Origin: Octopus sinensis
Taxonomy: Eukaryota
Length of the DNA: 64,000 nucleotides
Assembly: GCF_006345805.1 (NCBI RefSeq)
Contig: NC_043025.1
Location: forward strand, 7,068,001-7,132,000
Reading direction: 5' to 3'
Shown: piece after piece, positions 51,105 to 62,457 of the stretch
Layout of the letters: every line of letters begins with the position of its first letter
Position numbering within the stretch: the first letter of the stretch is position 1
Notes under the pieces: model-generated
The model's input: the letters and a program-made list of their open reading frames with translations, nothing else
Database searches by the model: none
What the model was told of the DNA's origin: nothing
Made by a program: the position numbers and the translations under genes

Positions 51105-51323
51105 CTCTACGAAGACGCCGTTGAGATGCAATTGTTCTTCATCAAAATCCGTGATGAGCTGTGCAAGAATGGTGAGATTCTGCTGACGCCAGCCCTCAGC
51201 TACACAGAGAAACACCTCCAGGCAGCACTGGAGGCTGAGAAGAAGGAGAAGTTACCAAAGGAACAGCAAGACGAAGAGAAGAAACGCAACTTGGAGTCTG
51301 ACGAGAAAATAGCGTCAGCATCG
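51105..51323 (+). CDS. PBRM1: Polybromo-1 exon, BD6 end and linker (LYEDAVEMQLFFIKIRDELCKNGEILLTPALSYTEKHL...)
   Basis: ccacag| and |gtaagt, 219 nt; near-identical to recalled human YEDAVELQQFFIKIRDELCKNGEILLSPALSYT. Confidence 0.98.
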
Positions 51324-52228
51324 GTAAGTTGTCCGGGGGGTGGGGTAGAGCTGAGCGGGAGGGGTGCACAATACAGTAATTCCGGGGCTGACGTTTGTGG
51401 CAGGTCCTGCAGATCGCTCATTGTTTTCCAGGGACATTCCACTTCTGAAGTACCTGTGCCACTCAAAAATTGTACACGGCCCTTTGCTTCATCACCGTAA
51501 GCTTGCCAAAGCATGCTCAGTGTCTCTCTGTAGCAGACTTCCCAAGTTTAATACAAGATGTCACGTTGGCTCTTTGTTCCTGTCCATGAGACAAAAATCA
51601 CAGACCACGGCAGACTTGTGGTCGCAAAAACACAAATTTCACAACTTGTAAAGTAAACACAGCAACGTCACTCAGCACACCACTGCCTCATGAAGGTCAC
51701 TGCTCGCTCTCACTGCGCATGCAACCATGTGCTGCCCTCTGTTGGCATGCTGCAGAACTAGCCCGGGAACTAGTTGATACCATACACAGTATTACTACTG
51801 TAGCTAGAGGGGAATGGGGGAGGAAGCCCCCCCCCCCCCCGGCACCACTTCTATGAGGGCGGCACCACTTTTGGGTCTGCTGTAGGAAATGTGTATTTTT
51901 ATATGGGGGTCCTAGGGGTTGCAAGCTGAAGGGCCGCCCTGGGCAGCACACACTCTAGCTGCACGAGTGTGTAGTATGTTCCATAATAGTGGGTTCTCAA
52001 ACTTTTTGATATCTGAGCCAGATACGGAACCTAAAAGGGGCTGCACTGAAAAAAGTAAAACACAAATCAAAGAAAATCTTATTACATTTATTGAGGGAAG
52101 AGCTGTTTGGGGCCACCGGAAGAATGCCTGAGGGTTGCATGTGGCCCTGAGAGATACAGTTGAAGAACTGCTGTATATGCTGTTGTTTTTATGTTATAAT
52201 TTAGGGGCCTTTTTCATGTCTTTTGTAG

Positions 52229-52302
52229 GAGAGAATGGAAGCCAGCATCAAATATCGGGACCAAATCTATAGCATTGGAGATTTTGTCTACATAGAACCT
52301 AG
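52229..52302 (+). CDS. PBRM1: Polybromo-1 exon, start of BAH1 (ERMEASIKYRDQIYSIGDFVYIEPR)
   Basis: ttgtag| and |gtaagt, 74 nt, phase 0-2; human YHVGDYVYVEP. Confidence 0.94.
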
Positions 52303-52539
52303 GTAAGTTAGTTGCCCTAACCCACTGCCCTGCACTCTCGCTGTCTCTCTTGCTCGGTCTTTCTCTCTCTCTCTCTCCCCCCCCTGTCTCTTTTCCTCCC
52401 ACTCTTTGCTCCTCTCCATACCTTACCCTCTCCTTTTCTCTCCCTCCTTCTCCAAGTCTCTCTTTCTCCCCTTCTGCTTCTCTCCTCTCTCTACCCCTCT
52501 CTTTCACCTCTCTCTCTCTCTCTTCCCTCCTGTTTTTCT

Positions 52540-53260
52540 CTCCTTTCTGATCCTCCCCCCACTCTTTTGACTCCTTTCTTGTCTCTCCCCTCCACTCTCT
52601 CCTCTACCCTTTCTCTTTTTTCTCCTCTCTTCCCTCCCCTCTCCTTTCTGATCCTCCCCCACTCTTTTGACTCCTTTCTTGTCTCTCCCCTCCACTCTCT
52701 CCTCTACCCTTCTCTTTTTTCTCCTCTCTTCCTCCCCTCTCTTTCTGATCCTCCCCCACTCTTTTGACTCTTTCTTGTCTCTCCCCTCCACTCTCTCCTC
52801 TACCCTTTCTCTTTTTTCTCCTCTCTCCCTCCCCTCTCCTTTCTGATCCTCCCCCACTCTTTTGACTCCTTTCTTGTCTCTCCCCTCCACTCTCTCTCTA
52901 CCCTTTCTCTTTTTTCTCCTCTCTTCCCTCCCCTCTCCTTTCTGATCCTCCCCCACTCTTTTGACTCCTTTCTTGTCTCTCCCCTCCACTCTCTCCTCTA
53001 CCCTTTCTCTTTTTTCTCCTCTCTTCCCTCCCCTCTCCTTTCTGATCCTCCCCCACTCTTTTGACTCCTTTCTTGTCTCTCCCCTCCACTCTCTCCTCTA
53101 CCCTTTCTCTTTTTTCTCCTCTCTTCCCTCCCCTCTCCTTTCTGATCCTCCCCCACTCTTTTGACTCCTTTCTTGTCTCTCCCCTCCACTCTCTCCTCTA
53201 CCCTTTCTCTTTTTTCTCCTCTCTTCCCTCCCCTCTCCTTTCTGATCCTCTCTCCCCACT
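52540..53260. repeat. Pyrimidine-rich tandem array, about 100-bp unit, about 7 copies
   Basis: ctttctgatcctcccccactcttttgactcc repeated. Confidence 0.9.
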
Positions 53261-53456
53261 CTTTCAATTCCTCTTCCCTCCCTCCCTCCCTCCAAATCTC
53301 TTTCTCCTCTCCCTCTTCCTTTTCTGTCTTTCCCTCTTCCCCTCTCTTTTCTTCCTCCCTCCCTCCCTCCCTCCCACATCTTCCTCTCCCCTCCCCTCTC
53401 CTTCCTCTAATCTCAGGACATCCACAATCCATCATGTCTCATTTGTGTCTTTACAG

Positions 53457-53595
53457 AGAGAATGGTCTCGAGCCACACATTATGTGCATTGAGAAGCTGT
53501 TCCATGATAATGCTGGTCTGCCGGCCCTTCATGGTAACTGGTTTTATCGACCGAATGAAACATTCCATCTGGCCACAAGGAAGTTTCTAGAAAAG
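53457..53595 (+). CDS. PBRM1: Polybromo-1 exon, BAH1 (ENGLEPHIMCIEKL...GNWFYRPNETFHLATRKFLEK)
   Basis: ttacag| and |gtacct, 139 nt, phase 2-0; WFYRPNETFHLATRKFLEK identical to recalled human sequence. Confidence 0.98.
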
Positions 53596-53790
53596 GTACC
53601 TCTTGCTGTTCTTGTTTTTGTGTGTGTTCATATACATGTATGTGTGTATGTATGTATGTATGTATGTAATTCAAACATATATGGGATGGCCATAATAGGA
53701 CATCCGACTCACTAGAAAGAGCAGCTAAACTCCAAACCACTAATAGTTGTAATTCTGAAATGGAAAGAGAAATAAAAACGTTTACCCTAT

Positions 53791-53885
53791 CTTTTCTGGA
53801 CTATGCATAGTTTCGGCAATCTTTTGTAAATAAAATTAATTTAATTAATCTATTTACCACTGGCGTTGCCTCATCAGCAGAAAAG
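53791..53885 (-). ncRNA. Type I hammerhead ribozyme, canonical
   Basis: Minus strand: CUUUUCUG CUGAUGA GGCAA...UUGCC GAAA CUAUGCAUAG UC|CAGAAAAG; 8-bp stem I, extended stem II (GUAAAUA/UAUUUAC), GUC triplet. Confidence 0.92.
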
Positions 53886-54077
53886 CCAAGGACTACCATG
53901 TATTCACGAGGCGATAATGAGCATGCCTCGAGTCTATTTGCTATAAATTTTCAAAATCCACCACGCTCGCGCGGTTTACTCAGCAGTAAATATAAACTGC
54001 CGATTTAATTTCAAAATTAGCCAAAAAATCATTAATTAATAAATTAAAAATATGTATGTATGTATAGACACACTCAC

Positions 54078-54295
54078 AAGGGGCCGTGCTGAAAAGCTCC
54101 TGGCTTTGGATGAAAGGAAATACATGAGGATCAGTTAGTTATGATTTTATCCTACATATTCCCCTCTCAGATTCACACACTCATTGCAGCGGTCCTTCAG
54201 TTTTTCTAAGTCCTGTAAAAGAACTCAGAACTGTGGTCCTCCAACCAGGCCTTTCATGATACCCTTAAAACCAGGAACTTTTCAGCAGCCCTTAA
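54078..54295. mobile_element. Mariner-derived MITE
   Basis: TIRs gctgaaaagctcctgg / ccaggaacttttcagc; internal minus-strand RCNECVNLRGEYV (mariner C-terminus). Confidence 0.7.
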
Positions 54296-54402
54296 TATAT
54301 ATATATAAATATATATAATATATATAATATATATATAAATATATATATATTATAAAATATATATATATATAAATATATATATATAAATATATATATATAA
54401 AT

Positions 54403-54476
<74 letters not shown>

Positions 54477-54485
54477 AATATATAT

Positions 54486-54522
<37 letters not shown>

Positions 54523-54854
54523 AATAATTTACAAGATAAGGGAAAAAGAAAAATTCTAATGCCAAATATACCGAAAAAAGACAAAACTTTTCAATAACCA
54601 TTATAATTTATGCGTCTCGAAACAAACCGATAGAAATTTCTAAAAAATTCGTTATTACCGTATTGGTCCAATTGCTCATAAATATATATATATATATAGG
54701 TGAGAAAGTTTCTACAAAAACTATGTTACTATATACAAAATTTTATAACATTTTTCTAACATAACGACTTAAATATATTCTTTAACCTTATAAAATAAGC
54801 CGTCTGTAGTTTTTTCACTCTTTTCTATTTTATATATATATATATATATATATG

Positions 54855-55254
54855 CTCTTTTACTTGTTTCAGTCATTTGACTGCGGCCATGCTGGAGCAC
54901 CGCCTTTAGTCGAGCAAATCGACCCCGGGACTTATTCTTTGTAAGCCCAGTACTTATTCTATCGGTCTCTTTTGCCGAACCGCTAAAGTGATGGGGACGT
55001 AAACACACCAGCATCGGTTGTCAAGCAATGCTAGGGGGACAAACACGCACACACAAACACACACACATACATATATATATATATTTATACATATATACGA
55101 CAGGCTTCTTTCAGTTTCCGTCTACCAAATTCACTCACAATGCATTGCTCGGCCCGGGGCTATAGCAGAAGACACTTGCCCAAGATGCCACACAGTGGGA
55201 CTGAAACCGGAACCATGTGGTTGGTTAGCAAGCTACTTACAACACAGCCACTCC
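54855..55254 (-). mobile_element. SINE family A, near full length
   Basis: Reverse-complement match. Confidence 0.9.
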
Positions 55255-55291
55255 ATATATATATATATATATATAATTATATATATATAAT

Positions 55292-55345
<54 letters not shown>

Positions 55346-55618
55346 ACCTGCTAATACTTTACATGTACCATAGATGGATGGATATCCATCCATCCTATCT
55401 ATCTTTCTATCTATCTAACTATATATCCTTAGATAGATAGCTAGAAGGATAGATAGATAGTTAGCTAGAGGGATAGATAAATAGATGGATGGATGGATGG
55501 AATTTAGTATTTTTTAACAAGATTAGAATTGTCTTTGACTTTTGAAGTTTTGATCAGCTCACTCATTAATGATGATGGTTTTTTCATATGTTTTGTTTGT
55601 TTTCTCGTTATATTTCAG

Positions 55619-55723
55619 GAAGTGTTCAAGAGTGAGTTCTCCACCACCATTCCACTGTCTCAGTTGTTAGGACCAAAATGCTATGTCATGTTTGTGAAAG
55701 ACTATTTCAAGATGAAACCACAG
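55619..55723 (+). CDS. PBRM1: Polybromo-1 exon, BAH1 (EVFKSEFSTTIPLSQLLGPKCYVMFVKDYFKMKPQ)
   Basis: tttcag| and |gtgagg, 105 nt. Confidence 0.96.
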
Positions 55724-56463
55724 GTGAGGTGCCATTCTGTCCTTTTCAAACTCCATCCATCCGACCCTTTATTCCTTGGTGACCCTGTGCTAGTTATTTG
55801 CTAGATGAAACCATAGATGAGGTGTCATTCTGTCCTCCCTTTCAAACCCCATCCATCTGACCCTTTATTCCTTGGTGACCTTGCGCTAGTTATTTGGTAG
55901 ATGAAACCATAGATGAGGTGTCATTCTGTCCTCCCTTTCAAACCCCATCCATCTGACCCTTTATTCCTTGCTGACCCTGTGCTAGTTATTTGCTAGATGA
56001 AACCATAGATGAGGTGCCATTCTGTCCTCCCTTTCAAACCCCATCCATCTGACCCTTTATTCCTTGGTGACCTTGCGCTAGTTATTTGGTAGATGAAACC
56101 ACAGATGAGGTGTCATTCTGTCCTCCCTTTCAAACTCCATCCATCTGACCCTTTATTCCTTGGTGACCTTATACTAGTTATTTGCTAGATGAAACCATAG
56201 ATGAGGTACCATTCTGTCCTTTTCAAACTCCATCCATCTGACCCTTTATTCCTTGGTGACCCTGTGCTAGTTATTTGCTAGATGAAACCACAGATGAGGT
56301 GCCATTCTGTCCTCCCTTTCAAACCCCATCCATCTGATCCTTTATTCCTTGGTGACCTTGCACTAGTTATTTGGTAGATGAAACCACAGATGAGGTACCA
56401 TTCTGTCCTCCCTTTCAAACCCCATCCATCTGACCCTTTATTCCTTGGTGATCTTGCGCTAGA
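55710..56463 (+). repeat. Tandem array (93-96 bp, 8 units) derived from the BAH1 exon 3' end and donor
   Basis: gatgaaacca at 55711, 55804, 55900, 55996, 56092, 56188, 56281, 56377. Confidence 0.93.
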
Positions 56464-56840
56464 TGTCTTGCAGAAGAGGTGAATAGATACCTGAGAAAGA
56501 AAGAGATATGAGGTCCAGGTACGAGGTGAATATGAGAAGCAGAATAGGATAGAAGAGCAGAAAAGGTGGATGTGTAGATAAGTGCACTGAAAGAAAATAG
56601 TGTGATAAATGATTATAGATAGAGAATGAGTTGGATGTAGAGGATGTCAGTTCAGTGGAGAAGTGAAAGAAGGGTAATATATAAGATTGATGGAAGAGAG
56701 AATGTCAGAAGATGAAATGTAGGGGAAGACTTGACAGAACCTCAATTCTGCTGAGGTGGGTGGGTCTTCTCAAACACAGCATATATGACATTCATCTCTG
56801 TCCCCTGTCATCTACCCCAAGAGGCTCTTTTACCATTTCA

Positions 56841-57245
56841 GGATCTTTTCGGTTTGAACGGCAGTTTTTTCTAGCGGTGTCATATGAAATTGTCACCCAT
56901 AATTATGACCCTAGTATCGATCTATTACATTTCAATCTGTTTTAGGGTTAGGGGTGGGGGGAAGGGTATCTTTTTTTCTTCACAAATGTAAATAAACCCA
57001 ATCTGTTTCTTAAACGAGGGACATATTCATACGGCACAGAATGTTATTTACCTCAATGGACGTCATTGATTGGTTGAAATTGCAGAAATTGAAGAAAAAA
57101 ACCCCACAAATATCTTATAGAATTTTCTCAATAAAGCCAAGAGAAAAAGATGTTTTATAAACACATTCTACCAGTATACGAAGTTTAAGATTTTTTAGTT
57201 ACCTAGAAATTATGTTAAAAACTACCGTTCAAACCGGAAATATCC
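56841..57245. mobile_element. Second copy of the GGATC-terminated MITE
   Basis: Same TIRs and body as 38095-38512; TSD ccatttca/ccacttca. Confidence 0.85.
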
Positions 57246-57426
57246 CCACTTCATCCTCTCTCTCTTCATTATTGAAAATGACAGAAATGCATTGCCTTTA
57301 ATTTGTGACACAAAATATATAAATACACAACAGCATTTATTATAAGGATGACTTTTTCCTTTTCCCTTTTTTTTGTCCCTTTTGGTTTTTGTTCTTCTAA
57401 AGCTTTTTGCCTGCTGATTTATTTAA

Positions 57427-57837
57427 CCCTTTAGTGTTCAGATTATTCTATCAAACACAATGCTTATTGATTCCCATTGATTTGAATTCATCATCATCAT
57501 CATCATCATCATTTAGCGTCCGCTTTCCATGCTAGCATGGGTTGGACGGTTCAACTGGATTCTGTGAAGCTGGAAGGCTTCGTCAGGCCCAGTCAGATCT
57601 GGCAGTGTTTCTATGGCTGGATGCCCTTCCTAACGCCAACCACTCCGTGAGTGTAGTGGGTGCTTCTTACGTGCCACCCGCACAGCATTTAATCATGCAT
57701 TATCTCATATCTTCAAGATCTTGATTGTATAATTACTTAATGTAGAATAACATTGTAGGGTAGGTGTGAGAGCCTGGATCTGGTCAGTTTGAACATAAAA
57801 CAGATTAACTATTTTGGCCGGTTTAAATACTAAAGGG
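57427..57837. mobile_element. piggyBac-type MITE (different family) interrupted by an RTE-tail SINE
   Basis: TTAA|CCCTTTAG ... CTAAAGGG|TTAA. Confidence 0.7.
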
Positions 57838-57914
57838 TTAAATGTGTAAACTTGTTTCTTTTCTGCTCTTTGTCTCTCTCTCTCTAACCACCCCCCATTG
57901 TATCTTTGTTTCAG

Positions 57915-57989
57915 GGATTTGCTGATAAAGATGTTTATGTTTGTGAATCACGCTATAATGCCCGGCACAAAGCATTTAAAAAGATCAAG
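57915..57989 (+). CDS. PBRM1: Polybromo-1 exon, BAH1 end (GFADKDVYVCESRYNARHKAFKKIK)
   Basis: tttcag| and |gtaacg, 75 nt; human DVFVCESRYSAKTKSFKKIK. Confidence 0.96.
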
Positions 57990-58128
57990 GTAACGTTTTA
58001 AAATTAACAAAACACCTGTAAAGGGAACTGGTTGCTTCTTTACACTTTTGGGGTGCAACTTGGGTGCAACACAATTTCCTTTCTTTTTGTTTCTAGAAAC
58101 TACCAGTCAGGAACGGAAAGCAATATAT

Positions 58129-58484
58129 AGGCGCAGGAGTGGATGTGTGGTAAGTAGCTTGCTAACCAACCACATGGTTCTGGGTTCAGTCCCACTGCGT
58201 GGCACCTTGGGCAAGTGTCTTCTACTATAGCCCCGGGCCAACCAAAGCCTTGTGAGTGTATTTGGTAGACGGAAACTGAAAGAAGCCTGTCGTATATATG
58301 TATATATATGTGTGTCTGTGTTTGTGTGCTGGTGTGTTTACATCCCCGTCACTTAGCGGTTCGGCAAAAAGAGACCGATAGAATAAGTACTGGGCTTACA
58401 AAGAATAAGTCCCGGGGTTGATTTGCTCGACTAAAAAAAAGGCGGTGCTCCAGCATGGCCGCAGTCAAATGACTGAAAAGAGTA
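58129..58484 (+). mobile_element. SINE family A (further copy 59489-59903)
   Basis: Match to the family consensus. Confidence 0.9.
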
Positions 58485-58775
58485 ATTCTTTATTTTCTGT
58501 TTCGATAATGAAACACGATGGTATGCTGGCATCCACCTAGTTCAACACAGCAAGGCTGAATTCAAACGTTTGTAAGCTTTACAACAATTCAGCAGCAGTA
58601 GACCAGGTTAAATCCTAAGCGTCTGGGACGGGAGAATAGGCTGATCACAGGATTCAAAATATACGTCCTTTCTCTTCTATCGCCATGTCTCAAATCCCCG
58701 AACGCTATTCAGGAACGGTATGGAATTTATTCTTCAGTCTCTAGCGCATGTGCATGATGGAACTTCCTTATGCCT

Positions 58776-59040
58776 TTCCAGAAGGTTCTAGAAGGTTCCA
58801 ACCCCGCACACGCACACTGAAGGAGGACATTCCGCACACGCACACTGAAGAATGACGTTGCGTGTGCACACACTGGAACATGACGTCACTACAAAGGTGA
58901 CGTTCCGCACACGCACACTGAAGAATGACGTTGCATGTGCGCACACCGGAACATGACGTCACTACAAAGGTGACGTTCCGCACACGCACACTGAAGAATG
59001 ACGTTGCGTGTGCGCACACTGGAACATGACGTCACTACAC
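58776..59040. promoter_or_regulatory. Perfect 5-unit heat-shock element followed by 73-bp repeats, each with a CRE palindrome
   Basis: TTCcaGAAggTTCtaGAAggTTC (58776-58798); TGACGTCA at 58881, 58954, 59027; motif match only, function untested. Confidence 0.45.
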
Positions 59041-59458
59041 ACCTTTTCTCTCTCGGTGGGTTCTGAAACTGAAGCATGCTAGGGAAACGGTTGGGGTATT
59101 CAAGGTTTGTATTATCACCGGAATTTTGAAGCAATCACAACCAGTTAAATGTAGCTTACCGTCATTGTTTAATGTCCGTTTTCCATGTTGGCATGGGTTG
59201 GACAGTTTGACAGGAATTATCCAGTCTGTTGTGGCATGGTTTCTTCACTTGATGCGCTTCCTAATGCCGACCACTTCAGAGATTCTCAGTATAGAAAACA
59301 GTAGTGCTCCAATGATTCGAGCTTAGACCCTGATGTCTTTAGGAGGGACCAATTCCACGGGCTAAAGAGTGGCTACAACAGGAATCCAGGTGAGCAGATG
59401 TGGAGGCAATTATGTGGATAAACAAATTAAATATAACAGATTGAGTTTGATATACAAA

Positions 59459-59489
<31 letters not shown>

Positions 59490-60374
59490 GGCGCAGGAGT
59501 GGCTGTGTGGTAAGTAGCTTGCTTACCAACCACATGGTTCCGGGTTCAGTCCCACTGCGTGGCACCTTGGGCAAGTGTCTTCTGCTATAGCCCCGGGCTG
59601 ACCAATGCCTTGTGAGTGGATTTGGTAGACGGAAACTGAAAGAAGCCCGTCGTATATATGTGTATATATATATATATATATATGCATGTGTGTGTTTGTG
59701 TGTCTGTGTTTGTCCCCCTAGCATTGCTTGACAACCGATGCTGGTGTGTTTACGTCTCCGTCACTTAGCAGTTCGGCAAAAGAGACCGATAGAATAAGTA
59801 CTGGGCCTACAAAAGAATAAGTCCCGGGGTCGAGTTGCTCGACTAAAGGCGGTGCTCCAGCATGGCCGCAGTCAAATGACTGAAACAAGTAAAAGAGTAA
59901 AAGATATATATATGTGTGTGTTTGTTTGTCCCCCTCCCTACAACATCCATGACAACCAATGCTGGTGTGTTTACGTCCACATAGCTTAGTGGTTTGGCAA
60001 AAAAGACCAATAGAATAAGTACCAGGCTTACAAAGAATAAGTCCTGGGGTCGATTTGCTTGACTGAAGGTGGTGCTCCAGCATGGCTACAGTCAAATGAC
60101 TGAAACAAATAAAAGAATATATAACTATATATACACACACATGCACACACAAACACATATGCACACATACACCCATACACACACATATATATGTATACAC
60201 TTTATTTGTGGGTTAACAAGGCAACCAATGGTTTTATGCAAAGGCATCTTCACAATTGTTCAAATGTAATACATTGAAGTATTAGTACTCTTCTCCATTT
60301 TGGACTAGAATACCATAGTATACATATGTGTGTTTGTATTTATTTATTTTCCTGTTTTTTTTTTATCTTTTCAG

Positions 60375-60536
60375 GTGTGGCAGGTGCCAGCCAGTGAGTC
60401 GGTAAAGCTGAATGCACGAGAGCATGTTGTCTCACCTGTGAGGGTGGCATCCGTGTTTGCTGATAAATCCAAAGAGACTGAGAAGGATGACTTAGATGAT
60501 GGCGGCACATTCAACGTCTTGGACAAGAACAGAGAG
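60375..60536 (+). CDS. PBRM1: Polybromo-1 exon, BAH1-BAH2 linker (VWQVPASE...VRVASVFADK...NRE)
   Basis: tttcag| and |gtgagt, 162 nt; human VVRVASVFA. Confidence 0.95.
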
Positions 60537-60723
60537 GTGAGTTGGAGGAGGAGAGAGAGGGGGACGACAATGGGGTAGATATTTGGGTGGAGATAAAGCA
60601 TGCAGGGGAGAAGGAAGCCATTCTGGTATCACTGTATCACAGTTCTAAAAATTTTGTGCTCGGATTGTTGGTTTTTTTTTTTAACCTCCAGGTCAGTGGG
60701 GGTGGGTTTGTAAGTGGTACAGA

Positions 60724-61316
60724 AGGCGGCGAGCTAGCAGAAAGGTTGGCACGCCGGGCGAAATGCGTAGTCGTATTTCGTCTGCCGTTATGTTCTGAGT
60801 TCAAATTTCGCCGAGGTCGACTTTGCCTTTCATCCTTTCGGAGTCGATTAAATAAGTACCAGTTACGCACTGGGGTCGATATAATTGACTTAATCCGTTT
60901 GTCTGTTCTTGTTTGTCCCCTCTGTGTTTAGCCCCTTGTGGGTAATAAAGAAATAGGTACTTCGTCTGTGTTTACGTTCTGAGTTCAAATTCCGCCGAGG
61001 TTGACTTTGCCTTTCATCCTTTCGGGGTCGATTAAATAAGTATCAGTTACGCACTGGGGTCGATATAATTGACTTAATCCGTTTGTCTGTTCTTGTTTGT
61101 CCCCTCTGTGTATGGCCCCTTGTGGGTAGTAAAGAAATAGGTACTTCGTCTGTGTTTACGTTCTGAGTTCAAATTCCGCCGAGGTTGACTTTGCCTTTCA
61201 TCCTTTCGGGGTCGATTAAATAAGTACCAGTTACGCACTGGGATCGATATAATCGACTTAATCAGTTTGTTTGTCCTCTCTGTGTTTAGCCCCCTGAGGG
61301 CAATAAAGAAATAGGT
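60724..61316 (+). mobile_element. tRNA-derived SINE family D as a head-to-tail multimer (others about 16078-16495, 24485-24893, 29398-29963, 32146-32820; monomer 17707-17930)
   Basis: B box gagttcaaattcc, central gcctttcatcctttcggggtcgat..aagtaccag (resembles the MetaSINE domain as recalled), about 184-bp units; ggtacaga on both flanks. Confidence 0.85.
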
Positions 61317-61746
61317 ACAGAGGGGATAGAAGAAGGGGGAGGAGGAAGAGTTGGAGGAGTGGGTGGGTCCTGCAGAAGACAAATAGGAGGAGTCATGTGA
61401 AAGAGAAAGAAAGAGGAGGTGGAGCAAGCGACAGTGGAGGTGGAGATAAAGCAGGCAGGGGAGAAGGAAGCAGAGTGTAAGAAGGGGGAGGAGGAGCAGG
61501 AATGACGCACAGTAGGTGGAGGAAACGGAGTAGGAGCAGCTGGTAGAGGAGGAGAAGGAAGCGTAATAGCAGAGGGGGGGGAAGAATATTTAGAGGAGGA
61601 GAAGACGAAGAGTTGGAGGTGTGGGAGAAGTAACACACTTCATTAGAGTGTGAGGGGAGATATTTAGGGAGAGAAGCCGGGGTGGCTGCACACATGCACA
61701 CACACACATATGAATGCACTGACATGCATGGTTCGTTTCATTGCAG

Positions 61747-61834
61747 AACGTTGAACTGGAGATGTATGGCCCGGAATATGCTGGAAGTGTCTACTATGAG
61801 CAGTACAACACACCGAGTGGATGTTATAAGCTAG
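61747..61834 (+). CDS. PBRM1: Polybromo-1 exon, start of BAH2 (NVELEMYGPEYAGSVYYEQYNTPSGCYKLG)
   Basis: ttgcag| and |gtaagt, 88 nt, phase 0-1; human VPVEM...HYFEQL...LKVG. Confidence 0.92.
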
Positions 61835-61988
61835 GTAAGTCACTGTTTCTACCACACAGTTGGATGGTGGTGGTGGTGGTTGCGGTTGCAGTGGTGGTGT
61901 GAGCGAGGAGGGGAGACAAAAACTGGAATTTCGTAAACTTTGTTACATTCTCTATCCACAATGTTTTTCAGTCTCAGAATTAACTTAA

Positions 61989-62457
61989 CCCTTTCCTTAC
62001 CGTATTTCTGTTGAGATTCTCTGTGTTTCTTTCAATTAATTTTAAATATAACAAAGAATTTAGTAAAATAACTTATTTATCATTAAGCTAGTGTTAGGAA
62101 CATAAATTGTGACTAAGGTTTGGTGGAAGATTTTAATTCAAAACTTAGGAAAACAAGACATTTGTACTACAGAACCAGAGGTGGTTTCAGCTGGGTTGGT
62201 ATCAAAAGGGTTAAAAATATCATGGTGACTTTAACCCCTTTTGTTACCATATTTCTGTTGAGATGCTCTGTGTTTCTTTCAAGTGATTTTAAATATAACA
62301 AAGAATTTAGTAAAATAATTTGGATATCATTCAGCTAGTGTTAGGAACATAAATTGTGACTAAGGTTTGGTGGAAGATTTTAATTCAAAACTTATGAAAA
62401 CAAGACATTTGCACTACAGAGCCAGAGTTGGTTTCAGCTGGGTTGGTAATGAAAGGG
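61989..62457. mobile_element. Two adjacent piggyBac-type MITEs
   Basis: Each flanked by TTAA with CCC/GGG termini; near-identical bodies. Confidence 0.8.

Noticed and set aside
50055-51500. 481-aa ORF as a single coding unit
   Set aside because: Two true exons joined by a CT-rich intron with canonical splice sites
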